This document shows, piece after piece, positions 53,089 through 62,142 of a DNA stretch of 64,000 nucleotides. Origin of the DNA: an uncultured Gemmatimonadales bacterium (lineage in GTDB: Bacteria; Gemmatimonadota; Gemmatimonadetes; Gemmatimonadales; GWC2-71-9). The notes under the pieces are model-generated. The model did not search any database. It had not been told where the DNA came from and was given only the letters and a program-made list of their open reading frames with translations. Position 1 is the first letter of the stretch, and each line of letters begins with the position of its first letter. The DNA lies in assembly GCA_963729985.1 (NCBI GenBank), contig CAVSPJ010000002.1:394015-458014 (forward strand), read 5' to 3'. The position numbers were made by a program, and so were the translations under genes.

Positions 53089-54905
53089 TTCTGCTCCTCG
53101 ATGATCGCCTTCAGCTCCGCGGGCATCTCCCGGATCGGCTCCCGCGCCAGCCGCATCTCGCCGTCCGGCCCCTTCCGGATCACGATGTTGAACTTCGCCG
53201 CCGCGGGGTCCTTCTCCGGATAGTCCTCGCGGAAGTGCCCTCCGCGGCTCTCCTTCCGTTCGATCGCCGCCCGAGCGATCGCCTCGGACACCGTGAGCAG
53301 GTTGTCGAGGTCGAGCGCGGTGTGCCATCCCGGATTGTACTCCCGGTTCCCGGCGACACCCACGGTCCGCGCCCGTTCCCGGAGCCGGTCGATGGTCTCC
53401 AGCGCGCGCCGCATCTCCACCTCGGTCCGGACGATGCCGACCAGCTCCTGCATCATGGTCTGAAGATCCTGCTGCACCTGATACGGTCCCAGGCCGTCGT
53501 GCCCGGCTCCCCGGTCGAACGGCGCCAGCGCGCCGCGGGCCCCCGCATCGACCTGGGCGTCGTCGACCGCCGCCGCCGCGTGCTCCCGGGCGAATGCCGC
53601 CGCGAACTCCCCCGCCCGTTTCCCGAACACCAGGAGGTCCGACAGCGAGTTGCCGCCCAGCCGGTTGGCGCCGTGCAATCCGGCGGCGCATTCGCCGGCC
53701 GCGAAGAGCCCGGGGAGCGTGGAGCTCTGCGTGTCGCCATTCACCCGGATCCCGCCCATGATGTAATGGGTCGTCGGGCCCACCTCCATCGGGGTCGCCG
53801 TGATGTCGATGTCGGCCAGCTGCTTGAACTGGTGGTACATGCTGGGAAGCTTCCGGATGATGTGCGTCCGGGCATCGGGCAGCCGCTGCTTGATCCAGGA
53901 GATGTCCAGGAACACCCCGCCGTGGGGACTGCCCCGCCCCTCGCGCACCTCGCGGAGAATGCAGCGGGCGACATGGTCGCGGGTGAGCAGCTCCGGCGGC
54001 CGCCGCGCGCTCTTGTCGCCCTGGGTGTAGCGCCAGCCTTCCTCCTCGCTGTCGGCGGTCTGGCTCCGGTAGTTCTCGGGGATGTCGTCGAACATGAAGC
54101 GGCGGCCAAGGCGGTTGACCAGAATCCCGCCCTCGCCCCGAACCCCCTCCGTCACCAGAATGCCCCGCACGCTCGGCGGCCAGATCATGCCGGTGGGATG
54201 GAACTGCACGAACTCCATGTCCTGGAGCGCGGCCCCCGCGTGGTAGGCGAGAGCGTGCCCGTCGCCGGTGTATTCCCAGCTGTTGCTGGTGATGGAGTAT
54301 GCCCGGCCGATTCCGCCGGTCGCGAGCACCACCGCCCTGGCTCGGAACACCCGGAACCGGCCGCGCTCGCGGTCGTATCCCAGCGCGCCGGCCACTCGGC
54401 CGCCATCGGTCAGGAGCCGAAGCACCGTGCACTCCATGTGCACGTCGATGCCCTGGTGGATGCTGTGGTCCTGGAGCGTCCGGATCATCTCCAGCCCGGT
54501 CCGGTCACCGACGTGCGCCAGCCGGGGGTACTTGTGCCCCCCGAAATTCCGCTGGAGGATCCGGCCGTCGGGCGTGCGGTCGAAGAGCGCGCCCCAGGCC
54601 TCCAGCTCACGGACCCGGTCGGGCGCTTCCCGGGCATGCAGCTCGGCCATGCGCCAGTTGTTGACGTACTGCCCGCCCCGCATCGTGTCCGCGAAGTGCA
54701 CCTGCCAGCCGTCCCGGCCGTCCACGTTCGCCAGAGCGGCGGCCACCCCGCCCTCGGCCATCACGGTGTGCGCCTTGCCGAGCAGCGACTTGCAGACCAG
54801 GCCGACAGACACGCCCGCGGCGGAGGCGGCGATGGCGGCCCTGAGGCCGGCGCCGCCGGCGCCGATCACCAGCACATCGTGGTCGAAGGTCTGATAGTCG
54901 GTCAT
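53085..54905 (-). CDS. sdhA: Succinate dehydrogenase / fumarate reductase flavoprotein subunit
   Basis: MTDYQTFDHDVLVIGAGGAGLRAA...HTVMAEGG...FVQFHPTG...GLFAAGECA...HGANRLGGNSL.... Confidence 0.95.
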   Translation of the reverse strand: MTDYQTFDHDVLVIGAGGAGLRAAIAASAAGVSVGLVCKSLLGKAHTVMAEGGVAAALANVDGRDGWQVHFADTMRGGQYVNNWRMAELHAREAPDRVRELEAWGALFDRTPDGRILQRNFGGHKYPRLAHVGDRTGLEMIRTLQDHSIHQGIDVHMECTVLRLLTDGGRVAGALGYDRERGRFRVFRARAVVLATGGIGRAYSITSNSWEYTGDGHALAYHAGAALQDMEFVQFHPTGMIWPPSVRGILVTEGVRGEGGILVNRLGRRFMFDDIPENYRSQTADSEEEGWRYTQGDKSARRPPELLTRDHVARCILREVREGRGSPHGGVFLDISWIKQRLPDARTHIIRKLPSMYHQFKQLADIDITATPMEVGPTTHYIMGGIRVNGDTQSSTLPGLFAAGECAAGLHGANRLGGNSLSDLLVFGKRAGEFAAAFAREHAAAAVDDAQVDAGARGALAPFDRGAGHDGLGPYQVQQDLQTMMQELVGIVRTEVEMRRALETIDRLRERARTVGVAGNREYNPGWHTALDLDNLLTVSEAIARAAIERKESRGGHFREDYPEKDPAAAKFNIVIRKGPDGEMRLAREPIREMPAELKAIIEEQK

Positions 54906-54927
54906 GGATGGACGACCGGGGCTAGGC

Positions 54928-55731
54928 TCAGAATATCCTCCAGTCGGTCCAGACGCCCGTCGAGCAGAGCCGGATGTACAGATCGGCGAAGGCCACGGAC
55001 AAAAGGCTGGTCCAGGCCCATCGCATGTGCGCCCGGTTGAGACAGCTCGAGCAATCGTAGGCCCGCCGGCGTACCGGTGAGCCGGAGAGGCGGTCGAGGT
55101 AGCCGCCCACGACGTGCCGCATGGAATGGCAGCCCAGGGTGTATCCGGCAAGCAGCGCCAGGTTGGCGGCCAGCACCAGCGTCCCGACGCCGATCCCGAA
55201 TTCGGTCCGGCCGGTGGCAGGATCGGTGAACCAGAGAGCCTGGTACACGTCGTAGGTGAGCACGACCAGGAAGAGGAGCGCGATGTAAAGCAGGTAGCGG
55301 TGGATGTTCTGCACGATGAGCGGAAACGACGCCTCACCGCGATACCGGGTTCGCGGCTCGCCCACTGCGCACGCGGGCGGATCCGCCCAGAACGCCTTGT
55401 AGTAAGCGCCGCGGTAGTAGTAGCAGGTCACTCGAAAGAGGCCCGGGAACGGCAGGATCAGCAGGGCCGGCGAGAACACCAGCCACGCCGGCCACCAGGT
55501 CGGCTTGGGGCCGAGCCAGGCATGAGGCGAGTCGCCGAACAGCTCCGGAGAGTAGAAAGGAGAGAGATAGGGGCCCGAGGTGTAATGCGCGCCCTGGAAC
55601 GCGGCCCACGTGGCATAGATGATGAAGGTCGAGAGGATCACCAGCACGATCGCCGGCTGAAGCCACCACAGGTCTTGGCGGGCGGTCTCGCCGAACCGAC
55701 GCCGGATCACGGGGAGTTGGGCATGCGCCAT
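54928..55731 (-). CDS. sdhC: Succinate dehydrogenase membrane anchor / cytochrome b subunit (large single-subunit, actinobacterial Sdh1-like type)
   Basis: 267 aa, polytopic, His-containing helices, located directly upstream of sdhA. The type is assigned from size and synteny. Confidence 0.7.
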   Translation of the reverse strand: MAHAQLPVIRRRFGETARQDLWWLQPAIVLVILSTFIIYATWAAFQGAHYTSGPYLSPFYSPELFGDSPHAWLGPKPTWWPAWLVFSPALLILPFPGLFRVTCYYYRGAYYKAFWADPPACAVGEPRTRYRGEASFPLIVQNIHRYLLYIALLFLVVLTYDVYQALWFTDPATGRTEFGIGVGTLVLAANLALLAGYTLGCHSMRHVVGGYLDRLSGSPVRRRAYDCSSCLNRAHMRWAWTSLLSVAFADLYIRLCSTGVWTDWRIF

Positions 55732-55848
55732 GCTGAGACCCTCTCCTCGGAGTACAAATCGAGATCCTGTGCGTCGTTGCCGAACGGGGGGCGGAAAGCC
55801 AGCAGGGATATTCGGGCGGCCACCGGGGGCCTGTCAACCAAGCCCCGC

Positions 55849-55877
55849 TTGACACGAGTTAGGTAGTTCGATAACTA
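55849..55877 (+). promoter_or_regulatory. Candidate promoter (TTGACA-17-TAACTA) with an embedded palindrome TAGTT-N4-AACTA upstream of the ArsR-family gene
   Basis: TTGACA at 55849-55854, TAACTA at 55872-55877, palindrome at 55864-55877. The GTG start is at 55885. Confidence 0.4.
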
Positions 55878-55884
55878 TCATATT

Positions 55885-56217
55885 GTGAGCACTAGAATGG
55901 GAACCCGAGTCGGGCTCACGCCCGGGCAGTTCGACCTCATCGCCAAGGCCTTGGCCGACCCGCGGCGGGTGGCCGTGCTCCAGGCCATCGCCGACGAGGA
56001 GTCCTGTCCCTGCCAGCACCTGACGGACCAGTTTCCCGTGTCCAAGGCGACGATTTCGCATCACATCAAGGAGTTGGTCCGCGCCGGCCTGGTCGAGGCT
56101 CGGCGAGACGGCCAGTACCTGAACTGCCAGGTGCGCCGGGAAGTGCTCGAGGCCTACACGGCGGAGTTGCTGCAGCGGGTGGGCGGCGAGCCGAAAAACC
56201 TCAGCCCGAAATCGTAG
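55885..56217 (+). CDS. ArsR/SmtB family transcriptional regulator
   Basis: ...LADPRRVAVLQAIADEESCPCQHLTDQFPVSKATISHHIKELVRAGLV... is a wHTH containing a CxC pair. Confidence 0.85.
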   Translation: MSTRMGTRVGLTPGQFDLIAKALADPRRVAVLQAIADEESCPCQHLTDQFPVSKATISHHIKELVRAGLVEARRDGQYLNCQVRREVLEAYTAELLQRVGGEPKNLSPKS

Positions 56218-56340
56218 ATGGCCGACCGGCTCGGAATCCCGGGGCTTCTTTCGGCAAATAGTATGGCAGTTGTACAACCCTCGAATCCAAGAACACGCCC
56301 CTTCCAACCGAGCGAGACCGCCCAAGAGCGGTGAGGACTC

Positions 56341-57795
56341 ATGCGTAAGGCAACGATCTGGCTCGTGCTTCTCCTGAACGCCTGCGCCTCGGCAGCGGCG
56401 TATCGTAACCCGCAGGTAGAGATCCCCGTCGCATTCAGAGAGCGGCTCGACAGCCTCGCTTCACCCGCGGTGCCGGCGGCGCCCGCGGAGGCGGAGGTGC
56501 CGGATGCCGTTCCAATCGTGGCGGGAGATACCGTCACTCCGGTAGGCGAGTATTGGCGCGCACTGAACGACACCACCCTCATTCGGCTGCTCGCCCAGGC
56601 GCTCAACGGCAACCTCGATGTCGAGGTCGCGCGCGCGCGGATCAGCGGAGCCCGGGCCGCCAGACTCGACGCGACGCTCGACTTCGTGCCGACCGTGACC
56701 GCCGTGGGCGGCTACACCAGGCAGCGACTCGCCGGGGCCACCTTCCCTATAGGCGGCGGAAGTTTCCCCGACCAGAACATCTGGGACGCAGGGTTCGACG
56801 CCTCGTGGGAGCTGGACCTCTTCGGCCGGATCCGCCGCGGGGTGCAGGCGCGGGGCGCGCTGCTGGGCGCCGCGGAGGAGGACCTGCGAAACGTGCGGGT
56901 GTCGCTCGCCGCCGAGCTGGCTCGGGTCTACTTCGAGCTGCGCGGAGCGCAGGAGCAGCTGGCGGTGTCGCAGCGCAACGGCGAGAACCAGCGCCGCACG
57001 CTGGAGCTCACCCGGCAGCGACTCGACGCGGGTCGCGGCACCGCCTTCGATACCGAGCGGGCGCTGGCGCAGCTGAGCATCACCCTGGCGTCCATTCCGG
57101 CTCTCGAGGCCCAGGTCGCCGCCGCGCAGTACCGCATCGGCGTCCTGGTCGGCCGGCCGCCGGCGGCGGTCGCGGGCGAGCTGGACTCGATCACCCCCAT
57201 GCCGGCCCTCCCGGCCACGGTCACGATCGCCGCACCGGATTCGCTCATCCGCCGGCGCCCCGACGTGGCCGCCGCGGAGCGCAGGGTCGCGGCCGAGCAC
57301 GCCTTCGTGGGTGCCGCCAAGGCGGATTACCTCCCCCGGCTGAATCTGGGCGGCAGCGCGGGCTTCTCATCGGCGGAGCTCGGTGACTTCGGCGGCGATG
57401 GCACGTTCCGCTACGCGGTCGGGCCCGTCATAACCTGGCCGGCGCTCAATCTCGGACGGGTGAAGGCGAGAGTGGACGCATCCCGGGCGCTCGAAGCGGA
57501 GGCGAGAGCGCAGTACAATCAGGCGGTGCTGAGCGCCCTGGAGGAAGTCGAGACCACGCTGGTACGCTACCGGAGCTCGCTGAACCGCGTGGATCGCTTC
57601 GAGGAGGCCGCGCTGGCCAGCGCGCGCGCGGCGGACCTCGCCCGCCTCCGGTTCACCGGGGGCGTGGCGGACTTCCTTCAGGTGCTCGACGCGGAGCGGA
57701 CCCAACTCGAGTCCGAGGATCAGCTCGCGCGGGCCCGTACCGAGGCGTCGACCAGCTATGCCGCGTTGTACAAGGCGCTGGGCGGAGAGACCTGA
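56341..57795 (+). CDS. Efflux outer-membrane factor lipoprotein (NodT family); second paralogue, with no adjacent pump
   Basis: Lipobox LLLNACAS. OEP repeats are collinear with the OMF at 22980..24431. Confidence 0.85.
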   Translation: MRKATIWLVLLLNACASAAAYRNPQVEIPVAFRERLDSLASPAVPAAPAEAEVPDAVPIVAGDTVTPVGEYWRALNDTTLIRLLAQALNGNLDVEVARARISGARAARLDATLDFVPTVTAVGGYTRQRLAGATFPIGGGSFPDQNIWDAGFDASWELDLFGRIRRGVQARGALLGAAEEDLRNVRVSLAAELARVYFELRGAQEQLAVSQRNGENQRRTLELTRQRLDAGRGTAFDTERALAQLSITLASIPALEAQVAAAQYRIGVLVGRPPAAVAGELDSITPMPALPATVTIAAPDSLIRRRPDVAAAERRVAAEHAFVGAAKADYLPRLNLGGSAGFSSAELGDFGGDGTFRYAVGPVITWPALNLGRVKARVDASRALEAEARAQYNQAVLSALEEVETTLVRYRSSLNRVDRFEEAALASARAADLARLRFTGGVADFLQVLDAERTQLESEDQLARARTEASTSYAALYKALGGET

Positions 57796-57796
57796 T

Positions 57797-58729
57797 TCAA
57801 CGCCTGGTCCACGCCCGCTCCTGCCAGAGGTGCAGGGCGGCGTAGCTGCGCCAGGGTCGCCAGGCCTCCGCGATTTCTTCGGCCCGCGTCGCGGTAACCC
57901 CGCCGAGACTGTTCCGCACGGCGAGATCGCCATGGGGAAACGCGTCCGGCCACCGAAGCGCGCGCATCGCGATGTACTCCGCGGTCCATCGGCCGATGCC
58001 GGGCAACGCGACCAGCTGGTGCATCACGTCCTCGGGCTGCGCGCAGGGCGCCAGGGTCAGCCTGCCGGACGCCATCTCCCGTGCCAGGGCGATGATGCTC
58101 TCGGCGCGCGGTCGCATGATGCCTAGCGCCGTCAGTTGCTCCACCTGGGCCTGCGCGATCTGCTCGGCGGTGGGCGAGAGCCGCGTCAGCCCCGGATGCG
58201 CCGTCTCGATCGGCTCGCCGAACGCCTCGACGAAGCGCCCGGCCAGCGTCGTGGCGCCTTTCACCGTGATCTGCTGGCCCAGAATGGCCCGCACGGCCAG
58301 CTCGAACCCGTCGAATGCGCCCGGCACGCGGAGGCCCGGATTTCTCGCCACCGTCTCGGCCAACACTCCCCGCATCAGCCGCTCGGCGATGACATTGGGC
58401 TTGGCGCTCAGGTCGAAGAGCTGCCCCAGTCGGGGAAGCAAGGCGGGAACCGCCGGGGCCAGGGACTGACTCAGCTCGATCACCAGGGCCCGCTGCCCAG
58501 GCGAGTTGTGAACGTGGAGCCACCCGGAAAACTCGCCGACCCGGGCGGTCCGGAGGTATTCCGCTCCCCGAACCCATTCCACCCCCCTGAGCATGCGCGC
58601 GCCGAGGAACCGCAGCATTCCCGGCCAGTCGAACGGCGGGCGATAGGTCAGCTGCCAGCGGAACAGCTTGGGCTGAGTTGGGGGAAGGGACCGTGCGGGG
58701 AGCGTCATCGTTCCAGGCAATGCCTCCAT
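57797..58729 (-). CDS. alkA: DNA-3-methyladenine glycosylase II (AlkA-like: AlkA_N + HhH-GPD)
   Basis: ...LTYRPPFDW...LRFLGARMLRGVE... (AlkA_N) and ...AILGQQITVKGA...LVALPGIGRWTAEYIAMRAL...PHGDLAV... (HhH-GPD with catalytic Asp). The start is placed at ATG 58729; ATG 58708 is the alternative. Confidence 0.8.
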   Translation of the reverse strand: MEALPGTMTLPARSLPPTQPKLFRWQLTYRPPFDWPGMLRFLGARMLRGVEWVRGAEYLRTARVGEFSGWLHVHNSPGQRALVIELSQSLAPAVPALLPRLGQLFDLSAKPNVIAERLMRGVLAETVARNPGLRVPGAFDGFELAVRAILGQQITVKGATTLAGRFVEAFGEPIETAHPGLTRLSPTAEQIAQAQVEQLTALGIMRPRAESIIALAREMASGRLTLAPCAQPEDVMHQLVALPGIGRWTAEYIAMRALRWPDAFPHGDLAVRNSLGGVTATRAEEIAEAWRPWRSYAALHLWQERAWTRR

Positions 58730-58881
58730 CCCCGCCGATTGCCGCTCGATGTCCCCAAGCGCATCCGACGCGGCCGAGAGTGAATCGGGCGGCGAGCTTG
58801 AATGATCGGGAATCCCGCTGACGTCGCCATCGCCAATTGGCATGGTCCTGCCATGACCACTGCTCGTTCTGACCATGCTCC

Positions 58882-58934
58882 TTGACGCGGATCCGAGAAT
58901 ACCCGACATTAGCGAGTACCGAATATAACCCGAA
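58882..58934 (+). promoter_or_regulatory. Promoter + operator, site C (SOS-like box) upstream of the tag / hydrolase operon
   Basis: TTGACG (58882-58887), 17 nt, GACATT (58905-58910), 6 nt, then TACCGAATATAACCCGAA (58917-58934). Confidence 0.6.
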
Positions 58935-59002
58935 GATTGCTATCGGCTCTTCGGGCGGCGACACCGCTGACGGCACCGACAATCCAGAGCACCGGAGCCC
59001 GG

Positions 59003-59563
59003 ATGGGCACATCCTATTGCGACATCGCTTCCAGCCACGAATGGCACGGACCGTATCACGACCACGAGTACGGCTTCCCTCTCGATGCAGACGCCGCGCT
59101 GTTCGAGCGCCTGATGCTGGAGATCAACCAGGCCGGCCTCTCCTGGCTCACCATCCTCAAGAAGCGCGACGCGTTTCGCCGGGCCTACGACGGCTTCGAT
59201 CCGGAGCGCGTTGCGGCGTACACCGCGCGCGACCGTCGGCGCTTGCTGGCCGACGCGGGCATCGTGCGCAACCGGCTCAAGGTCGAGGCGGCCATCACCA
59301 ACGCGGCGCGCATCCTCGAGCTGCGCCAGAGCCATGGGTCGTTCGCCGGCTGGCTGGCGGCGCACCATCCTCGATCGAAGGAGGAGTGGGTCAAGCTCTT
59401 CAAGCGCACCTTCCGCTTCACCGGTGGCGAGATCGTGGGCGAGTTCCTGATGAGCATCGGCTATCTGCCGGGCGCCCATACGGAAACCTGTCCGGTGCAC
59501 CGCCGGATCATGAAACAGCGGCCGCCCTGGTCCCGGCTGGCGCGCGCGGGTGGAGCGCGATGA
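59003..59563 (+). CDS. tag: DNA-3-methyladenine glycosylase I
   Basis: ...YHDHEYGFP...LFERLMLEINQAGLSWLTILKKRDAFRRAYDGFDP...GIVRNRLKVEA... is collinear with E. coli Tag. Confidence 0.85.
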   Translation: MGTSYCDIASSHEWHGPYHDHEYGFPLDADAALFERLMLEINQAGLSWLTILKKRDAFRRAYDGFDPERVAAYTARDRRRLLADAGIVRNRLKVEAAITNAARILELRQSHGSFAGWLAAHHPRSKEEWVKLFKRTFRFTGGEIVGEFLMSIGYLPGAHTETCPVHRRIMKQRPPWSRLARAGGAR

Positions 59564-60321
59564 GGCGCGTCGTGGGTCCGGCGGGCAAGCTCACGGTGGA
59601 CGACGGCGGCACCGGCGATCCGATCGTCCTGGTCCACTCCCTGGCCGGCAACACTGGTCACTGGTCCGGACAGCTCAAGCATCTGCGGCAAACGCGGCGG
59701 GCGGTGGCGCTCGATCTTCGCGGGCATCGCCGGTCGGACGGGCCGGCCGACAACGACTACTCGATGGAGGCACAGGCGGGAGATGTGGGCGCCGTGGCCG
59801 ATGCGCTGGGCCTCGCGCGCTTCGCGCTCGTGGGGCACAGCATGGGAGCGGGGGTGGCGCTGGCGTACGCGGGGGCGCATCCCGAGCGCGTCAGCCATCT
59901 TCTCGTCGCCGACCCCATCGGCGACGGCACCCAGACTCCCGAGGCGGAAGTCCGCCCCTTTCTCGATGCGCTCGAGTCGCCGACCTACACCGACACCATC
60001 GAGGGCTACTGGAGCAGCATCGCCGGCTCCGACGGCACCGTGCTCGAGCGGCTGCTGAACGACCTGCGGGAAACGCCGCGGGAAACGGTGGTGCGCGGGC
60101 TCCACGCGGTGATGGCGTTCGATCCCAAGCCCGCGCTCGCACAGTTCCACGGTCCCACGCTCGCGGTGATCACGCCCGCGAACGATTTTCCCTACAGCAT
60201 GCACAAGCTCGGCGCGGGCCTACCCCACCGCGTCGTCACGGGCACCGGCCACTGGCTCCAGTTCGACCGGCCGGCGGAGTTCAATCGGATTCTGGAGCGG
60301 TTCCTGGAGGGAGAGACGTAA
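59560..60321 (+). CDS. Alpha/beta hydrolase
   Basis: ATG 59560 is in an ATGA overlap with the tag stop. ...IVLVHSLAGNTGHW...LVGHSMGAGVA... (GHSMG elbow)...GTGHWLQFDRP. Confidence 0.85.
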   Translation: MRRVVGPAGKLTVDDGGTGDPIVLVHSLAGNTGHWSGQLKHLRQTRRAVALDLRGHRRSDGPADNDYSMEAQAGDVGAVADALGLARFALVGHSMGAGVALAYAGAHPERVSHLLVADPIGDGTQTPEAEVRPFLDALESPTYTDTIEGYWSSIAGSDGTVLERLLNDLRETPRETVVRGLHAVMAFDPKPALAQFHGPTLAVITPANDFPYSMHKLGAGLPHRVVTGTGHWLQFDRPAEFNRILERFLEGET

Positions 60322-60667
60322 CGGCTTGACGCGTAAGAGACGGAGAGGGTGGGCTGGTTCACTTCTCCCACTGGGCAGAAGGTTGTAGCTAGGTCTCAAT
60401 TTTTTCCGTCTATGGTCGACACCTGCCGAAGCGTGGCGGGAGCGGTTGGCCCGCTGTCCGTGCTGGCTTGACAGCCCCCGCACTGCGCCGTATGTCAGCC
60501 TCTATCTTCCCTGCGACCAGAGTCAACCGGCGAAAACCCGCACCGCAAAGCCAAGTGTCCTCGGGTTGCTCCGCGACCGGCGCAGGCCGCTTCTGACGCC
60601 ACGAAGACCCCAAGAGCGCCCAGCTACCGAAAGCTTAGCCCGTAGTTTGCTTTGGCCGGAGGTCGCG

Positions 60668-62017
60668 ATGACGCGGATCGGTTCCATTCCATTCCCGGCT
60701 GCTTTCCCTTTGCCGAGAGGCAGGCGACTGCGCTGGTTCACCCACCGACTCGCTTCCGTGCTCGCCCCGGCCTTGGTGGTGGCCGCCCTGGGCTGCCGAG
60801 AGGACCCCGAGCCGCCCACGGCGCCGGAGTCGGCGCTCGCTGTGACGCCGGCCCTTACGCTCCGCTTCCGCCAGGTGACTGCGGGCGAGGAGCACACCTG
60901 CGGCGTCACCACCGGTAACGTGACCTACTGCTGGGGGTGGAATACCGTCGGCGAGTTGGGGATCGGCACCGACACGGGGCCAGAGACCTGCTCCGACCTT
61001 CCCTGCAGCACCAGGCCAGTGCGGGTCGTTGGCGGGCTCGCCTTCCGCCAGGTGAGCGCGGAGGGCGGCAGCCACACCTGTGGCGTGACCACGGACCACC
61101 GGCTGTACTGCTGGGGCCTCAACCACCTCGGCCAGCTCGGTGACGGCACGGGTACGGACAGCCCACGGCCAGTGTGGGTTGCCCCCAGGCTCGCCTTCCG
61201 CCAGGTGAGCGCGGGCAGCATCCACACCTGCGGCGTAACGACGAACAATGTGGCCTACTGCTGGGGCCACAACCAGGCCGGCGCGCTCGGCAACGGCACG
61301 ACCATTTCGACCCTGCGGCCAGTCCGGGTCGCCCGCAGGCTCGCCTTCCGCGAGGTGAGTGCAGGCACGCAATTCACTTGCGGCGTGACGACGGACAATG
61401 TCGCCTACTGCTGGGGCCTCAACTTCGGGCAGCTGGGCAACGGTACCGCCACCGGGCCGGAGTCATGCTTCACAGGCGATGGATTCAATGCCTGCAGCAC
61501 CAAGCCGATCCGGGTGGCCCGTCGACTGGCCTTCGGCCACGTGGATGCGGGTGCCGACCACACCTGCGGTGTGACGACGGATGATGTCGCCTATTGCTGG
61601 GGCGCCAACTCTGCCGGTCAGCTGGGCGACGGCACGACCAACGGCCGCTTGAAGCCGGTCCGGGTCGCCCGCCGGCTCGCCTTCCGCCAGGTGAGCGCGG
61701 GCGAGCAGCACACCTGCGGGGTGACGGTCGAAGATGTCGTCTACTGCTGGGGCCTCAACCTTCTCGGGGAGCTGGGCATCGGCACCGACACGGGGCCGGA
61801 GATATGCCCCTTCTTCGACGCACCCTGCAGCACCAGGCCAGTGCGGGTCGGCGGCGGACTCGCCTTCCGCGAGGTGAGCGCGGAAGGCAGCGTCCACATA
61901 TGTGGCGTGACCACGACCAAGCTCGCTTACTGCTGGGGCATCAATTCCGTGGGCCAGCTCGGGGACGGCACCACCCAGACGCGCCTGAGGCCGCGCCGGG
62001 TTGCCGGCAGCACTTGA
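60668..62017 (+). CDS. RCC1-repeat (seven-bladed beta-propeller) lipoprotein
   Basis: Lipobox VVAALGC. Seven units of about 50 aa: F(R/G)xVSAGxxHTCGVTTxxxxYCWGxNxxGQLG(D/N)GT...PVRV. Confidence 0.85.
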   Translation: MTRIGSIPFPAAFPLPRGRRLRWFTHRLASVLAPALVVAALGCREDPEPPTAPESALAVTPALTLRFRQVTAGEEHTCGVTTGNVTYCWGWNTVGELGIGTDTGPETCSDLPCSTRPVRVVGGLAFRQVSAEGGSHTCGVTTDHRLYCWGLNHLGQLGDGTGTDSPRPVWVAPRLAFRQVSAGSIHTCGVTTNNVAYCWGHNQAGALGNGTTISTLRPVRVARRLAFREVSAGTQFTCGVTTDNVAYCWGLNFGQLGNGTATGPESCFTGDGFNACSTKPIRVARRLAFGHVDAGADHTCGVTTDDVAYCWGANSAGQLGDGTTNGRLKPVRVARRLAFRQVSAGEQHTCGVTVEDVVYCWGLNLLGELGIGTDTGPEICPFFDAPCSTRPVRVGGGLAFREVSAEGSVHICGVTTTKLAYCWGINSVGQLGDGTTQTRLRPRRVAGST

Positions 62018-62142
62018 TACCTGCGGCGACAAGGGACCCAGGAGCGGATCGCAATCGAGGCAGCATCCAACTCGGAGCTGCCGCCGGCACTCGGGATGGG
62101 GGGTGAAGCTGTTTTCGGGCATCCCTATATACCCGTAGCCGC

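Noticed and set aside
52252-54432. 726-aa ORF treated as one gene
   Set aside because: Only the last 278 codons (from GTG 53088) are SdhB. The upstream part is an out-of-frame reading of sdhA.
58730-58909. 60-codon N-terminal extension of the alkA ORF, and the 418-aa ORF 57756..59012
   Set aside because: The extension would run into the tag promoter/operator. The AlkA_N homology starts just after ATG 58729/58708. The 418-aa ORF is an R/A/G-rich shadow frame.
60322-60667. 346-nt non-coding stretch examined for a tRNA, sRNA or riboswitch and for a terminator (T6 run at about 60398-60403)
   Set aside because: I could fold no cloverleaf or known riboswitch core by eye. The sequence preceding the T-run forms only a weak, interrupted hairpin (GAGAC...GTCTC with inner GTGGG/CCCAC). 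A TTGACG at 60326 lacks the downstream TACCGAA operator, so it was not counted as a fifth regulon site.
60900-61950. Regularly spaced repeats of about 150 nt, considered as a CRISPR array or mobile-element repeats
   Set aside because: The period equals one RCC1 blade. The repeats are in-frame and coding, and there is no short direct repeat/spacer structure.
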